NCBI RefSeq assembly: GCF_004010195.1
Contig: NC_057751.1
Location: 9,431,611 to 9,495,610 of the forward strand
Length of the DNA stretch: 64,000 nucleotides
From: Chiloscyllium plagiosum
Taxonomy: Eukaryota
Reading direction: 5' to 3'
The first letter of the stretch is position 1. The number at the start of each line of letters is the position of its first letter. This document shows, one piece after another, positions 50,926 through 64,000 of this stretch. Made by a program: the position numbers and the translations under genes. The notes beneath the pieces are model-generated. The model saw only the letters and a list, made by a program, of their open reading frames with translations, was not told the origin of the DNA and did no database searches.

Positions 50926-52313
50926 CATCTCTCCCACCAAAATTGCAGAGTCCAACTTGGTGGCAACACCTGTGAAGTTTGAAACTCACTGACTGGAGCA
51001 GTTTCTGGATGCTTTGCGACATGGTTATTATATCAGGACACCTCTACATTTACTACTGTATGGACAAGATTTAGCTGATCACTTTGATGTTTGCGTAACA
51101 AGTGACGGTGTAAAATCACTCTGAATCAAGTGAACAATGAACGATGTGTTCATCTCAGATCAAAACACGTATTGGACTTCAAATAGAATGCAATAATTTC
51201 ATGAAGTACTTTCATGAAATGAATATAGAATGCATGGGGTAACTAATCCCATTTTCTACATTCACATCATTCATTGCAAATGATTGCATCCGTTACCAAA
51301 ACCCCTGAACAAGGTAAACTCTCCTTCATCTCCAGAGCTCTGCTGTACTAGGGACTGCCAGTACAGCATCAACTGGACTCACAAGACTGAGGGACCACCC
51401 ATAACAGTTAAGTTTGGGGTGGGGAATCAGGGATTGGGTGATGGAGGTCAGTCTCACAAGTGGATGTCACAGAAAGAGGAGTGCTGTGGTGGTCAGGAAC
51501 AAGGACAGGAGTGTGGCTTTCAGTGGGCAGGTCCAGATCAAGGGACTCCTTCATACACAACATGCAAGCTGCACAGTTTAGCAGGCGACATGGGAGCAAG
51601 TCTGCTTGACACTGGGTAAATTGCAGCCAAAGCAGGAAAAGACACTTAAATGGTCATTAATGAACAATTTAAGGGTCATAAATGGATCAGCTTTGGCTCC
51701 TGTTCTGATTTGTTGTGTTGCCCTCTGGCTTCATCAGTTCCACAAAGTAAAATATATTTTTCCCCATCTCCAATATTTTTACAAGCAATGACTATAAGCC
51801 AAATGATCATTTAATTTTCTATGTTCTTCAATGTCCCTCTGATTTTCTTCCTGGTTGCATGCAATTGTGTCTCGGAGATTTGGCTTTAACTTTTGGAAAA
51901 GCCAGAAGCGTTAGAAATCTACTCAGATCAGAGCATATTATCATTTAGATGTTCCCAAAAACCATGTTAGCTTGCTCATGCACCACTGTTGTGATGATGA
52001 GATGCATACAATTTCACCAGTAGCCTTAAAAAGAGAATTGGATATATCACAGCAGAAAAAGAGTTGCAAGGATATGGGGAAAGAGATTGTGAATTCAACC
52101 AACAGAGTGGCTTTTGGAAAGAGCCATGCAGATTTAATCGGCAGAATAGCCTCTTCAGTGCTGTATTATTCTTTGATTATATGATTCAGCATATTCTTAA
52201 AGGTTTCCAAAAAAATTATTTCGTTCTGGGCATTTATGTAAAGCCTTTAGCAATGGAAGACCTTCCAAGAAGTGAGGAAAATGGACACCAAAACACAAAC
52301 ATATTCTACTCAC

Positions 52314-52367
52314 ATCCTTCATCACATACTTTTCCAGGTTTCCGAGAGTTTTCTTCTTCAAAGTCCC
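52314..52367 (-). CDS. NT5C2: NT5C2-like exon
   Basis: GTLKKKTLGNLEKYVMKD; canonical AG/GT; 54 bp. Confidence 0.94.
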
Positions 52368-53693
52368 CTGCAACAACAGAGAAAAATCTGAAACAACTCC
52401 AAAACTCTTCAGCACAACCAGCCATTGTTCAAAGCTGCTTCAGCTCTTTTGTTTAGGGGCAGCATATATGCATATGACCCGACAAAAGGCAACCTGGATT
52501 TGTGGATTTGGATCATTGGCATCTCGCTGCTACATACTAACCAGATCAGGCTTGTCCCCTTACAAATTTTAATGCCTGAAAACTAAGTCCTGCCAATGGT
52601 TCATGCAGAACCACAACCATTGAAAGATTTTGGATTCCTTGCCTCCTTCTCTTCTGTAATCATCTAATTGGACAGATTAGTACAGAACCTGAATTCTTCT
52701 TCTTATGGGCTGTCCTTAAAACAAATGCCTAACTTGTAAACAAACACAGAAATGGTACAGTGGTGGGCGGGGGGAGGGGGGGGGGGGGGGTGGTGAGTAA
52801 GGAGTTGGGGTGGGTGGGGGTGAGAAAACCCCCCTCTATCAAGATTGTGCCTAAAACTGCAAGCACTTCTTGACGTTTGTGTTCCCCTCCATGTGCCAAA
52901 GCAGGCTTACATTTATTGGATGAAGCATCAATCACCTCCAGATCTACTTGTATTTTGTGTCTCAGCTGTAATGGTTTCACAGGTCTAAAGAACAGGAAAA
53001 TGAGCGCTGAATAAAGGAATGTTTCCAAATTGTGGCATGTTTCTACAATTAATCATCAATAGGGGGCACTATGTACTAGAATGATTCGACAAGGAAGAAG
53101 TGCTAACAGTGGTTCCTTCCTGTGGGGATTAAAGAGACAGACACAAACAAAGAGACAAAGGTAGATCAATAAAGAAACATACAAGAGAGTGATACAAACA
53201 CACAAAGCAACAGAGGAAGAGAGAGAGAGTGTGCAAGGGAAAGGGCACAATAGATAGTACAGAGAGCAGAGAACAACAACAGAGAGAATGGTAGTGACCC
53301 GAGCGAGGACCTTGAGGGAGGGAAATACCTCCAAAGCTCTATCAGGTACATTTATGGTATGAAATAGACATAGATAGTTCATGAATGGTGCAGAATCTGC
53401 ATTAGAAGTAAACACAAAGTTAGAGAGAAAAGCAGATGGATACAGAACCAATAACAGAGCAAATGAGAAAGAATGGGAGCAAGAGAAATAGTGTGAAAAT
53501 CTTAACATAAAGAGAATGAGAGAGAGAACAAGAAAGGGATTTCAGTCATCCTTAGCTCACAAAACTGGGAGTTGAGCTCAGGAATCTCAATTGTTGAAAG
53601 TATGACTAAGACTGTAAACATTCTTATTGTGTAACAACAACAGCATCAGTACAACTGCCCAAACAAACAGGAATATGAATTTGAAAACCCTAC

Positions 53694-53787
53694 AGAATCA
53701 TGAATGAAATCCACTGTGTCTCGCACATCCTGGAACATGTTCCGATATGATATGAAGAGGTCACCACGTTTAAAGCCAGTCTCACAG
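53694..53787 (-). CDS. NT5C2: NT5C2-like exon
   Basis: (S)[31 protein letters not shown]; canonical AG/GT; 94 bp. Confidence 0.95.
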
Positions 53788-56111
53788 CTAGATAGGAACA
53801 AAGCAAAGCATTAGAATCAATGTCATAGTTCTATGAGGTATATTATTTATCACTGGTTGTCCTTTCCAATATTTACAACAAAACCATATTGAACTCCTCA
53901 TTTCCTGACCATTAAACTAATTTCCACAACTGCAATTTATACAAGTTCTCACAACAAAGTAAATAGCTTCAGAGTCTGCATAGTTGAAGAATGAACAAAA
54001 GTGATTAAAAATGCAGGGAAGTTTTTTTTAGAATGGGTGAAGAGAAGTATCTAGAGATGGGGATCAACAGTGGGGGAGCCCAGTGGATCAAAGCTCCGCT
54101 AACAGTGTGTCAGATGTCGAGAACACACACATTAGAAATGAAGAAGGAGCAGGTCCAAGCAATGATATCAGACTTGTGAAAATTTCAGAGTCAGAAAGCA
54201 TGGAAGGTTTCGAGAGACTTGTCAATAAAGTGCAGGATTGATATCACTTTAAGGAATGAAAAGTCAGTAAAGGTAAAAGTCATTGGAATTAGTAGTTGTT
54301 TCTGCAGAGTGGAGTTTGAGACACTGGCCTCAAGGTGATTAACGTACAAATTAGATTGGAAGCTGGCAGTCTTTGGTAGTGTACTGCTACAAGATCAGCT
54401 TGGGGTAGAATTCCAAGGCCGAGCACTTGAAACTTAAGTTTGCAGAAGCACTCACAGAAGAAAATAGAATTGAGAGCCAGGATGTGAAATTGGATAATTT
54501 TAGTTTGTATTGAATTGTATCAGGAAAATTGAACGGCATAATAACAATTATGGATTTCAGGGTCACTGGAAAAGGAGAGCTGTGGATTAATATCTGTGAG
54601 TGATTTTTGATAATGTCAGTGAGGAACAAGGCACCGCATAGAAGCAGATGAATATTCAACCAGATCTGCAGTAAAGGAATGAGAGAGAGCTTGCAATTCT
54701 TCAAACAACAAGTGTCCACTGTTCGCCTCTTGAGATTTTCTGAAGGGGTGTGATTTGGGGGCTATGTTTTCATCCTCACCAACTCATTTTAGGTAATGTT
54801 GTCATAAAGTAATACTTTCTGTATTTATGTTGACAAATGGGGTATTTGGACTGATATAGAAGCTGAATTAGAATAATTAATCAATCTTCTCAATAATCAT
54901 CAACTCATTGTGAAATTTATAGTTATAAAACACAAGGACAGCAGTAATTTCCTGGACAGCAGAATGTTTAAATTGGTACAAGACCACAGACATCAGTTAA
55001 GAAATGTTTTTAAAGATGCTTGACGTATTTCTACATGAGAATCCATCAGCCTGAGCACACCATCCACAGACTGATAAGGTCAAATCGAAGGCATTTTCAC
55101 CGCATATGCACAAAACTGCCACAAATGAGGCAGTTCCATCTTCACTCACTGAATCTCAGATCTCAATTTTACTATTAAATTTAACAATTGACAATGTTTA
55201 GTACAGTCAAATTTGTAACAAGTTTTTTGAAGCTCCTGACCTTATGCAACCTTAAACTAGCTGTTCCACATTTATTTGCAAGAAATTCATTTCCCAAGTG
55301 ATTTGAAGTTTTTTGAATCTGAGTTCAGAGAGTATTCGTTTGCTGGCAGATTTGAAACTGTTCTGTCTCCTTACCACCACACCTTCTCACAGTCTCTTTC
55401 TCCCTCCTTCGATTTTTTGCAGGCTCCTTCTTTCCTTCTTCCACGCTCCCCAAAACTTATGCTTCCTCTCCCAATCCTCCTGCTACCACCTTCTCTGACA
55501 CCCTCACCCAGAATTCAGCTGACAGAAGTCCGAGGTGTGGCAAAAGGCCCTGTAACTCAGCGTACGGTGGCTCTCAGCAGTTCCCTCACTGGTTCCAGTG
55601 CCTAATTCCCGCACTCCCAAACTTTGGCCCACCTCACAATCCCTCTGACCTCAGACTCCAGCCCTCAGCTTCTGGAAAAAGGCAGTCTCCTAGCAACTCC
55701 TTCAGCACTAATTTTCCCAGCTGTTTGCTTGCCAATTTTAGATTGATTTTCTTCTGTGTTTGTAGCTGATAAGTTGACATTGCAGAAGAGTTGCTCTTCA
55801 ACTTTTTTCTCTTCTCTGACTGGTCACACTTGAGTAAATTCTCCTGGACATTTTGTGTGTTGATCCAATCCTATTGCAGGGATGGAAACAAGGAGGGAAA
55901 CAAAGGTATTTAAACATAGATCTAAGGGCAATTTTAATCCCTACTGTGACTATGGTTTCATGTTTGGGTCCTGCAAATCAAGTAAAATACACAACGTTGA
56001 AGAACATTACTGTAGGGAAAGTAATCATCTGGAATTCCATCAGGGATCAGTTTCAAGTCAAAAAATGAAAAATATGGACAACATTGCACATATGTTCAGC
56101 TGTACTGTTAC

Positions 56112-56169
56112 CTGGTGTATTTGGAACACTTGATGAAGAAATCCACTAAACAGGCATACAGATAGGTTT
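56112..56169 (-). CDS. NT5C2: NT5C2-like exon
   Basis: (E)TYLYACLVDFFIKCSKYT(S); canonical AG/GT; 58 bp. Confidence 0.95.
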
Positions 56170-56260
56170 CTGAAACAGAAGAAGTGCATTATGAGGCAAT
56201 GTAATAATTCCACAGAACTCAGCTAATAATATTTTTTTGGCCAGGATGCCCTCAGAACTT

Positions 56261-56380
56261 GAGGAGAAAGTGAGGACTGCAGATGCTGGAGATCAGAGCT
56301 GAAAATGTGTTGCTGGAAAAGCGCAGCAGGTCAGGCAGCATCCAGGGAACAGGAGAATCGACGTTTCGGGCATAAGCCCT
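56261..56380 (-). mobile_element. Single-arm family-A PLE insertion
   Basis: 13-bp TSD GCCCTCAG(A/C)ACTT at 56248-56260 and 56376-56388; truncated inside the hammerhead at a GCCCT microhomology. Confidence 0.82.
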
Positions 56381-56695
56381 CAGCACTTGTCTGCTCTTCT
56401 TCATCTCGTGCTATGGGACTTTTTAGATAACTCTGGAAGAACAGATAGGGCCTTACATTTATGATTTATTTAAAATACCACAATTCAAACATCACAGCAT
56501 CTCCTCTGTACTGCACTGGAGCGTATGGATTGGGGTTTGGATCCACACATTTCTAATGTGGAGAGAAGACTGGTATCATACAGCGACAGCAGATACTGCT
56601 GTTCGGTAATACTGCAAGCAAAAGACTCATTAGAATGTGGAATTTAATGCAACTGACCCCCTTTAATGGGGAAAGTTGAATGGCTGCCTCAGTTT

Positions 56696-58068
56696 TGTGA
56701 TGGACCAGGTCAGACCCCCTCAAAGCGTTTCAACCACTTAGTTTTAAACAAAACAGAATTTATTTAAAAGATTACCGAATGAAACACAAACTAAAGAGAA
56801 CCAAATATAGAACATAGAACGTAGAACATTACAGCGCAGTACAGGCCCTTCGGCCCTTGATGTTGTGCCGCCCTGTCATACTAATCTAGAGCCCATCCCA
56901 CCTACACTATTCCATGTATGTCCATTTGCCTGTCCAATGTCGACTTAAATGCACTTAAACTTGGCGAATCTACTACCGATGCAGGCAAAGCATTCCATAC
57001 CCTTACTACTCTCTGAGTCAAGAAACTACCTCTGACATCTGTCTTATACCTATCCCCCCTCACTTTAAAGTTGTGTCCCCTTGTGTTTACCGTCTCCATA
57101 CTTGGAAAAAGGCTCTCCCTGTCCACCCTATCTAACCCTCTGATTATCTTGTATGTCTCTATTAAGTCATCTCTCAACCTTCTTCTCTCCAACGAGAACA
57201 GCCTCAAGGCCCTCAGCCTTTCCTCGAAAGACATTCCTTCCATACCAGGCAACATCCTAGTAAATCTCCTCTGCACCTTTTCCAAAGCTTCCACATCCTT
57301 CTTATAATGCAGTGACCAGAACTGTACACAATATTCCAAGTGTGGCTGTACCAGAGCTTTGCACAGCTGCAGCATAACCTCCTTGTTCCGGAACTCAATC
57401 CCTCTATTAATAAAGGCCAAAACACTGTATGCCTTCTTAACAACCCTGTCAATCTGGGTGGCAAATTTCAGGGATCTGTGTACATGGACAACGAGATCTC
57501 TCTGCTCATCTGCACTCCCAAGAATCCTACCATAAGCCCAGTACTTTGCATTCCGATTACTCCGGCCAAAGTGTATCACCTCACACTTGTCCACATTAAA
57601 CTCCATTTGCCATCTCTCAGCCCTCTCACCTCTCAGAATAACTTAACCTCTCTGAAATAGGTTAATGATGGTGTTCCAAATTCATGCAACAATCCCCAAA
57701 AACACCCCTTGTCACAAAAGGTAAAATTAAACACAGGTCTTCCAGGAGAGATGTCAGAGAGAGGGAGGATCAGTGTGGACCTGCTTCTGTGTGTCCAGCA
57801 GCTTCACAACTGACTGCTTGCTAAAACCAAACCAAACCAGAGAAAAGCTGAGCTGGGAGAACTGGTCACTACCCTTTCATTGTACATCCCCTTTCAAAGT
57901 GTTTTTTTTTTAAACTTGAAAGCCTTTTGACTGAAGCAGTATCTATTAACTATAATCAAGTTGGCCCTAAAACCCATGTAAGCCAGACCTCTCGGCAACT
58001 CTGCACTTATGACCCCTCTGAAAAAAAAAAGGACATCATAATCTTGTTAAAGGAGTAGCATCATCACA
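56696..58068 (-). mobile_element. Solo LTR of the same family as 48699-49233, interrupted by a CR1
   Basis: Both ends match the reverse complement of the 48699-49233 LTR ends (TGTGATGATGCTACTCC... and ...GGTCTGACCTGGTCCATCACA). Confidence 0.85.
56806..57622 (-). mobile_element. Young CR1 LINE 3' portion (open 234-codon ORF2 C-terminus)
   Basis: MEFNVDKCEVIHFG...LEYCVQFWS...LEKVQRRFTRMLPG...; (GTTCTAT)-type tail at about 56806-56830. Confidence 0.95.
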
Positions 58069-58377
58069 ATGGAATACCTCACAGAACCAGTATAAAGATA
58101 TTAACTGTCCTCAAAGCTTCAGTACAACACTGATCTGTGGAGCTGAAACTCCAATACACACAGTAGAGAAAGTACACTTCAAAATGAACTGTAGCTGTCG
58201 ACCAACATATTGAAAATTATTTTTTCATCCATGGTGACAACTGTCTGCCCCTCAATGTGGCAGAGATACCTTCTGACAGGCTCAATCCAACAGGTTACAT
58301 CCTGTTAGCTGCTACTGCTAAAGAATGTTGTAATTTGAAGCATGTTAAAATCAGTTATACGAAATGTTTCAACCTAC

Positions 58378-58469
58378 CAGCAAGGTGAAAGAGGGTGTTG
58401 AGAATGTAAAAGCGTTCCGTGTCATCTCTTTGGATAAATTTGTTGGAGTACTGCTCAAGAATCTCTGCT
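58378..58469 (-). CDS. NT5C2: NT5C2-like, most 5' exon found in the window (possibly the nt5c2l1 paralogue; earlier exons including motif I apparently beyond 64000)
   Basis: [30 protein letters not shown]; canonical AG/GT; 92 bp. The 14 exons join in one open frame (1222 bp). Confidence 0.95.
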
Positions 58470-60719
58470 CTGGAGGTGAAGAATGATGAAAATAGGAGGG
58501 GTTACAGGAAATGTTTGGATTAAGATCTTTCAGCAATGCAATACAACACAACATGACCTACTCAATGCAACATATTCATAGAATTGGATTCAACACAACT
58601 GAGTCATATTCATCTGATTCTTCCTGCAATAAAAATGGAAGAAGGTGTAATAACATTTTCATGAGGAGATGTGGCAGAGCGGACAGAAACAGATCAGAAG
58701 GTGATTATGTCTATTGACAATGGTGTAAACCTGGAAATTTTTCTTATCATTCATTCACGAGATGAGGGAGTCACTGGCTAGGCAGCATTTATTACCCATC
58801 CCTAATTGCCCAAACACCAGTTCAGAGTCAACCACATTGTTGTGGGTCTGGAGTCAGATGTCAGCCAGACCAGGTGGGCAAACTTCCTTCCCGAAACGAC
58901 ATCAGTGAAAGAGATGGGTTTTTCTGACAATTGGCAATGGATTATAGCAATCATTAGATTCTTAATTCCAGATATTTACTTAATTCAAATTCCACCATAT
59001 GTCATGGCAGGATTCGAACTCAGGTCACGTGAACATTGTCGGGTTTTCTGCATTAACAGTCCAGCGATAATACCACTAAACCATCGACTCCCCTGACAGC
59101 TGATCAGCCATTCATTATACATCCTATCTGACATTCCTTTCCATCAACTTCAGTGAAAAGTATATATTACAATTAATTTGAAGCTCTTTTCAACCAACTG
59201 CTATGTGGCAAGTGAAGAAAGAATAGAACCCTGAATTCATTTTGTGATGACTTGACACAGAAATATACTGTGAAGATTAGACTGTAGCGTGGGTAAAATT
59301 CTCATCTCAGGCTTGCAGCAACATTCGACAAAGTGAGAGAATGACTGCAGTGACTAATCTCTTTCATACTTCTTGGAAAATTATATTTCAATCCGATTTT
59401 AGAATGAAATTCAACACGGTTTGTGAATTTCCTTTGAAGTGCCTTTCTCAGCATTCTGCTATGTGAACAACTGGTAGAACAACACTCTCTGTTTACCAGT
59501 TGTTTGTTATGTCAGTCACTGCACTTCAACAATAGCTGTTGCCTTATCATCAAGGATTTGGGATGTAGCGTAAACAGACATAAATAAACAAGTGTTATAG
59601 ACACTCTGACAATCATCAGATCATAAGAAATAGGAGCATAAGTAGATCATATTATCCTTTAAACCTGCATTCAATAAAATCATGGCTCATTTGATTGAGG
59701 CCTTACCTCCACTTCCTAATCTATGCCCTCAGAGTCCTTCAACCCCTAGCAGTCAATCCAAAACTGAGCAATGACCCTGGAGATTGATATCAAAGTTTCT
59801 CTTTCATTTCATTTTGCTTTTTCTCACATCTCCTTCAAACTTTGGACGTTATCCTCCTTCAGATGATGCTTAGCAAATGAACTGCTCCTCAGTTGCCAGG
59901 CCTATCAGTGTGGTACTGGAAGTGGCTTGTACTTGAAAGAAACATTTTGAAATATCCCCATTTGAAGTAGCCCTGATATGGGTGTTGTGATGTTTTCTTT
60001 TGTATCACTGATTGTGCGAGCTTGCCAATAACTCTTGACAAACAGGCTTTTGATGCTTCAGTTCAGTGGATGCTGACGACAGCAATGACAGTACATTAAC
60101 ACATTCATTCCAGACACCGTTGCATGAATTTTTAAAAAGAGCACTGCAAGCTATACAAGATAGTCCGTAATAATGAACACTATAGTCCTAACTGGGAAGT
60201 CACAGGCTGTGTTACACCCTGTTTTAACAACTTGCTGGCACACATCCTGCATGCCCACTTCATCTACATCCATATTATGCACCTGCGTCGATAAACTTCT
60301 CTCAACCTTACTACTCAGAACACTCAAAGTAGGACTAGATTCTTTCATTCCTCTTCATCATTAAATAAGATCATGATTGATATTCTATCTCATCTCCACT
60401 TTCCTGCCAGATCCCGTTATCCTTTTTTTCCCCTTTCATGTTCAAAACTTCATTCACCACAATCTTGAATGGACTCAATGACTGAGCTATCCACAGCAGC
60501 CTGAGGGGCAGAATGGAAATTAAATTGTTGTCAAGTTGAAAAAGACTCTGAAGTGGGCATGATAAAGGTTAATTCACAGATCTGAGATGACAGACAATTA
60601 TCAAATGATTTCCCACCTGTAATGAGTAAATAGTAGCTTATAAATTAAATGCAGGGGCAGTGCAATTGAAATCTGACTGTCACACAAAGGCCACTGACAT
60701 GTAACACAAACTTCTGTCA

Positions 60720-61862
60720 TTCACCTTTGACAAAGTGTTGTTCAGTAAGCTGCTAAATAAGATCAGAGCCCATGGTGTTAGGGGCAAGGTACCGGCATGG
60801 AGAGAGGACTGGCTGCTTGGCAGAAATCAGAGAGTGGGGATAAACAGGATTTTCTTAGCATGGCAGACAGCGACGAATGGAGTTCCACAGGGGTGACTGC
60901 TGGAACCAAAATTAGTCATGCAAATACTAATGATCTGGATGAAGGCATAAAGGGCATTATTGCTCAGTTTGCAGATGGCACAAAGATAGGCAGAGGGACA
61001 ATAAGTGTTGAGACAGGGAGGCTGCAGATGGACTTGGACAGGTTAGGCTGGTGAGCAGAAACGGTGGCAGATGGAATACAATGTGGGAAAGGATGAAGTT
61101 ATGCACTTTGATAGGAACAATAGAGGCATAGACTATTTTCTAAATCAGGAAAAGCTTCAGAAATCCGAAGTCCAAAGGGAATTGGGAATCCTCATTCAGG
61201 ATTCTCTGAAGGTTAACCTGCAGGTTCAGTTGACAATTTGGAAGGCAGATGCAATGCTAGCATTCACTTTGAGAGGGCTAGAATACGAGAAGCAGAGATG
61301 TACTGCTGAGATTGTATAAAGCTCTTGACAGACCACATTGTGAAAGGTTGTGGATCTCAAATGTAAGGAAGGATGTGCTGTCCTTAGAGAGGTCGAGAGG
61401 AGGTTCACAAAAACTGGGATGAAAAGCTTATCTTCTGAGGAGTCGTTCCGGACTCTGTATTCAAAGGAGTTTAAATGGATGAAGGGACATCTCTTTGAAA
61501 CTTACAGAATACTGAAAGGCTTCAATAGAGTGGATGTGGGGAACATATTTTCACAAGTAGGAAAAACGAAGATCCAAGCACACAGCATCAGAGTGAAGGG
61601 ATGGCATTTTAGAACTAAGATGAGGAGGAACTTGTTCCGCCAAAGGGTGGTGAATCTGTGTAACTCATTTCTGAAGGCTGTGGAGGCCAGGTCATTGAGT
61701 GTGTTTGAGATAGAGATAGACAGGTTCTTGATGAGTAAGGGGAACAGAGATTACAGGGAGAAGGAAGGAAAATGGGATTGAAAAACATGTGAGCCATGGT
61801 CAAAGGCAGAGCAAATTCATTGGGCTGAATGGCCTAATTCTACTCCTATATCTGATGGTTTT
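60720..61862 (+). mobile_element. Decayed CR1 LINE 3' half
   Basis: NDLDEGI...FADGTKIG, MEYNVGKDEVMHF and FRQRVVNL remnants with frameshifts. Confidence 0.88.
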
Positions 61863-64000
61863 CTAAAGTCTCTTCAGTGTTTAATGGTGGAGACATGCTT
61901 TACTTCCTTTATCAGAAACCTGTATCAGTGATATTTCTATCTCCTTACAGCATCTCATGCACTCTCACAAAACCTCCTCTCCTGCATATTTACTTTCTAC
62001 TCATTTTTAACGGATCTTTGCAGTATTTCCAGATGAAGGCTATTTGCATTACCTGACCAATTTTACAAACATCCCAAAGTGATGAGGCTCTGGCTGAAAA
62101 TGACCAAATGCAGCAGGGCTTTGCTTTGCATCACATTTTGTTCCATTCTTTCCAGTTAACCTTTGTGAATTCTTTTGATCTCTATTTATTTTGAAAACTT
62201 TCAATGGCACAAGAAAGGCTTATGACCGCTGGGTGCAACAGAAGTGGACAAGGCTTATCTATGTTGCAATACAGTTCACTTAAACCACAGCTATGCAAGG
62301 AATCTGAGGCCTAGAGCTTAAGAACCAGCTATTTATACCGAAGGATTAAAGTCTAAATGTCATCAGAAACTTCTGTTTGGTAAAGAGAACTTGGGATTTG
62401 CAAATGAACCAACTGATTTGAAAAAGAATACATTGGGCAGGGGGTAGGTAACTTGTGGGGAGCATATTCCACCTATCAGAAACCAAATAAGATCACAGTT
62501 AAAATTGCCCAGTAATTTCCTGAGTGCTGATTAATCACAAATTCAACTAGCTCAAATGCAAGTAAAATGTTCAAAGATGGTGAAATTCTTATTTTGCACT
62601 TTTGTAATTCAGTGTCCTAAACAGGAAGCCACAATTTATCATCTGACTATTCCTGAGGAAAACTGGATTGGGACAAGGAAATCCAAGAGTTCAGTTTTTA
62701 AACCTCCTCATATTCAATCTCCTCCTGCTCAGAATTCGCTGACAGAAATCTTATCCCACTCTCTCCAGTTTTTGGAAACTGTCCCTTCAACCTCAACAAA
62801 AACCTTGCAACTAAAGGATAAGAGCAGAAGTGCAGGGAATGTTCAGGAAACAATTGAGCACAATGTGAAACACAAAAGAGTTTCTTTGGTTGAGAAAAAA
62901 AAGAGCGCTATCAGGAGGTTGTGAAAGGTAACATGATCGGAACAGTTGCAACAACACGCATGAAATGGGAGGATGGAGGCAGGGTGTTTGGCCATGTAGT
63001 TAAGTTGAAAATCAGTGGGATTCAGCCCAGAAACACAGAAAAAGAAGTTGAGAAAGGGAAGAAAAATGTTAAAGACAGACTTGTGAAGGTGAAGGAAGAA
63101 ATGAATTTATAAGTGAAATTGATCACTAATTGCAGTTCTGGGGCAAGCAGGACATGACACTGACACAATTATCAATATATTGAAAGAAAGATTTTTGGAA
63201 GAGCCCTGAGTAGAACTGGAGCAAAGAATGTTTCATATGCACCAAAGGCATTGCAAGGACACATGTCGTTAAACACAGCAACAACTTTTCATTTTAGGAA
63301 GTATTGCATGTTAAATAAAAGAACAATGTCAACCACCCAGAGGATGGTGGCATTGGATCAGCCTCCAAGGAAAAGCAGAGACCTCTTAGCTTGTCCTCAC
63401 AGGTAGAGGGATTGGTAGAAGCATTCCACAGTAAAGGGGAAACAGTGCTCCCTCAATTTTAACCTCTTATTTCATTAAAACATATATTTTTTTAAATTTC
63501 AAACTTTGATCTGCACTCTGAACCATATATCAAGCATATTATTTCAATGTGAAATTTATGCAAATCCAATTAATTGCTAAGTAAACTATGAAGCAAATCC
63601 ATCATATCTTTGGCTGCCTGCATATGCAGTAAATCATGTCCCACTTCAGACTCGATTTCTGCATTGTCTCAGAAGCTCCCTTCCATAAACAAATAATGTG
63701 ATGAATGTTCAGAATACAGGGATTGATTGAACTGAAATATTTATTCCTTTTGACCTTCTACTATTTAGACAACAGAAAAGGCAGCCATGTCCAAAAAGCA
63801 GTTACGTGTTTAAAGTTGAAAATCTAACATTGCAACATTTGATTCTCGGTAATATACATTCTTTCAAGTTTCGCAACACAGAACATCTCCCATCAACATT
63901 TCTGTGAAAGCACTCCATGGTTGGACAGACAGCTTCATGTTTCTGGTGACAGCACTCAACTATCTGCACAGCTCAGTTGACGTAGAACAATAATGAGCTC

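Noticed and set aside
50676..51022. Near-identical ORFs on both strands
   Set aside because: A consequence of the perfect palindrome, not coding.
53056..53540. 150-aa hydrophobic minus-strand ORF
   Set aside because: Low-complexity GA-rich intronic sequence producing spurious Leu/Ser/Phe runs.
59466..59504. Hairpin AACAACTGGTA...TACCAGTTGTT as a miRNA precursor
   Set aside because: Only about 39 nt, too short for a pre-miRNA, and no recognised mature sequence.
58470..64000. Next upstream NT5C2-like exon (RGLVFD...GNLLKVD...)
   Set aside because: Searched by eye and not found; presumably beyond the window edge.

Overview
Eukaryotic, intron-rich, repeat-rich vertebrate DNA; the repeat content (HE1/V-SINEs, CR1 LINEs, Penelope-derived fold-back repeats) suggests a shark, which is an inference. 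Three spliced genes lie in tandem on the minus strand. (1) The 3' 14 coding exons of an NT5C2-like cytosolic 5'-nucleotidase (58469->31493; 5' end beyond the right edge). (2) A complete 5-exon TMED4 (27748 or 27811 ->15918) with a CpG-rich promoter. (3) The 5' exons of an astacin-family metalloprotease (4446->211; continues past the left edge). Most entries in the ORF track are noise or decayed retroelement sequence. Main observations: about ten short Penelope-like insertions of at least three families carry minimal hammerhead-ribozyme motifs, often fold back on themselves, and often have 13-15 bp target-site duplications. The NT5C2-like protein has Asn at the Mg2+-binding motif-IV Asp (GNHIFGD) and altered base-pocket residues. 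Retroelements at 28.8-29.7 kb appear to have captured local intronic sequence. A Gmr1-type LTR remnant is also present. All coordinates were read by eye and no database searches were run.
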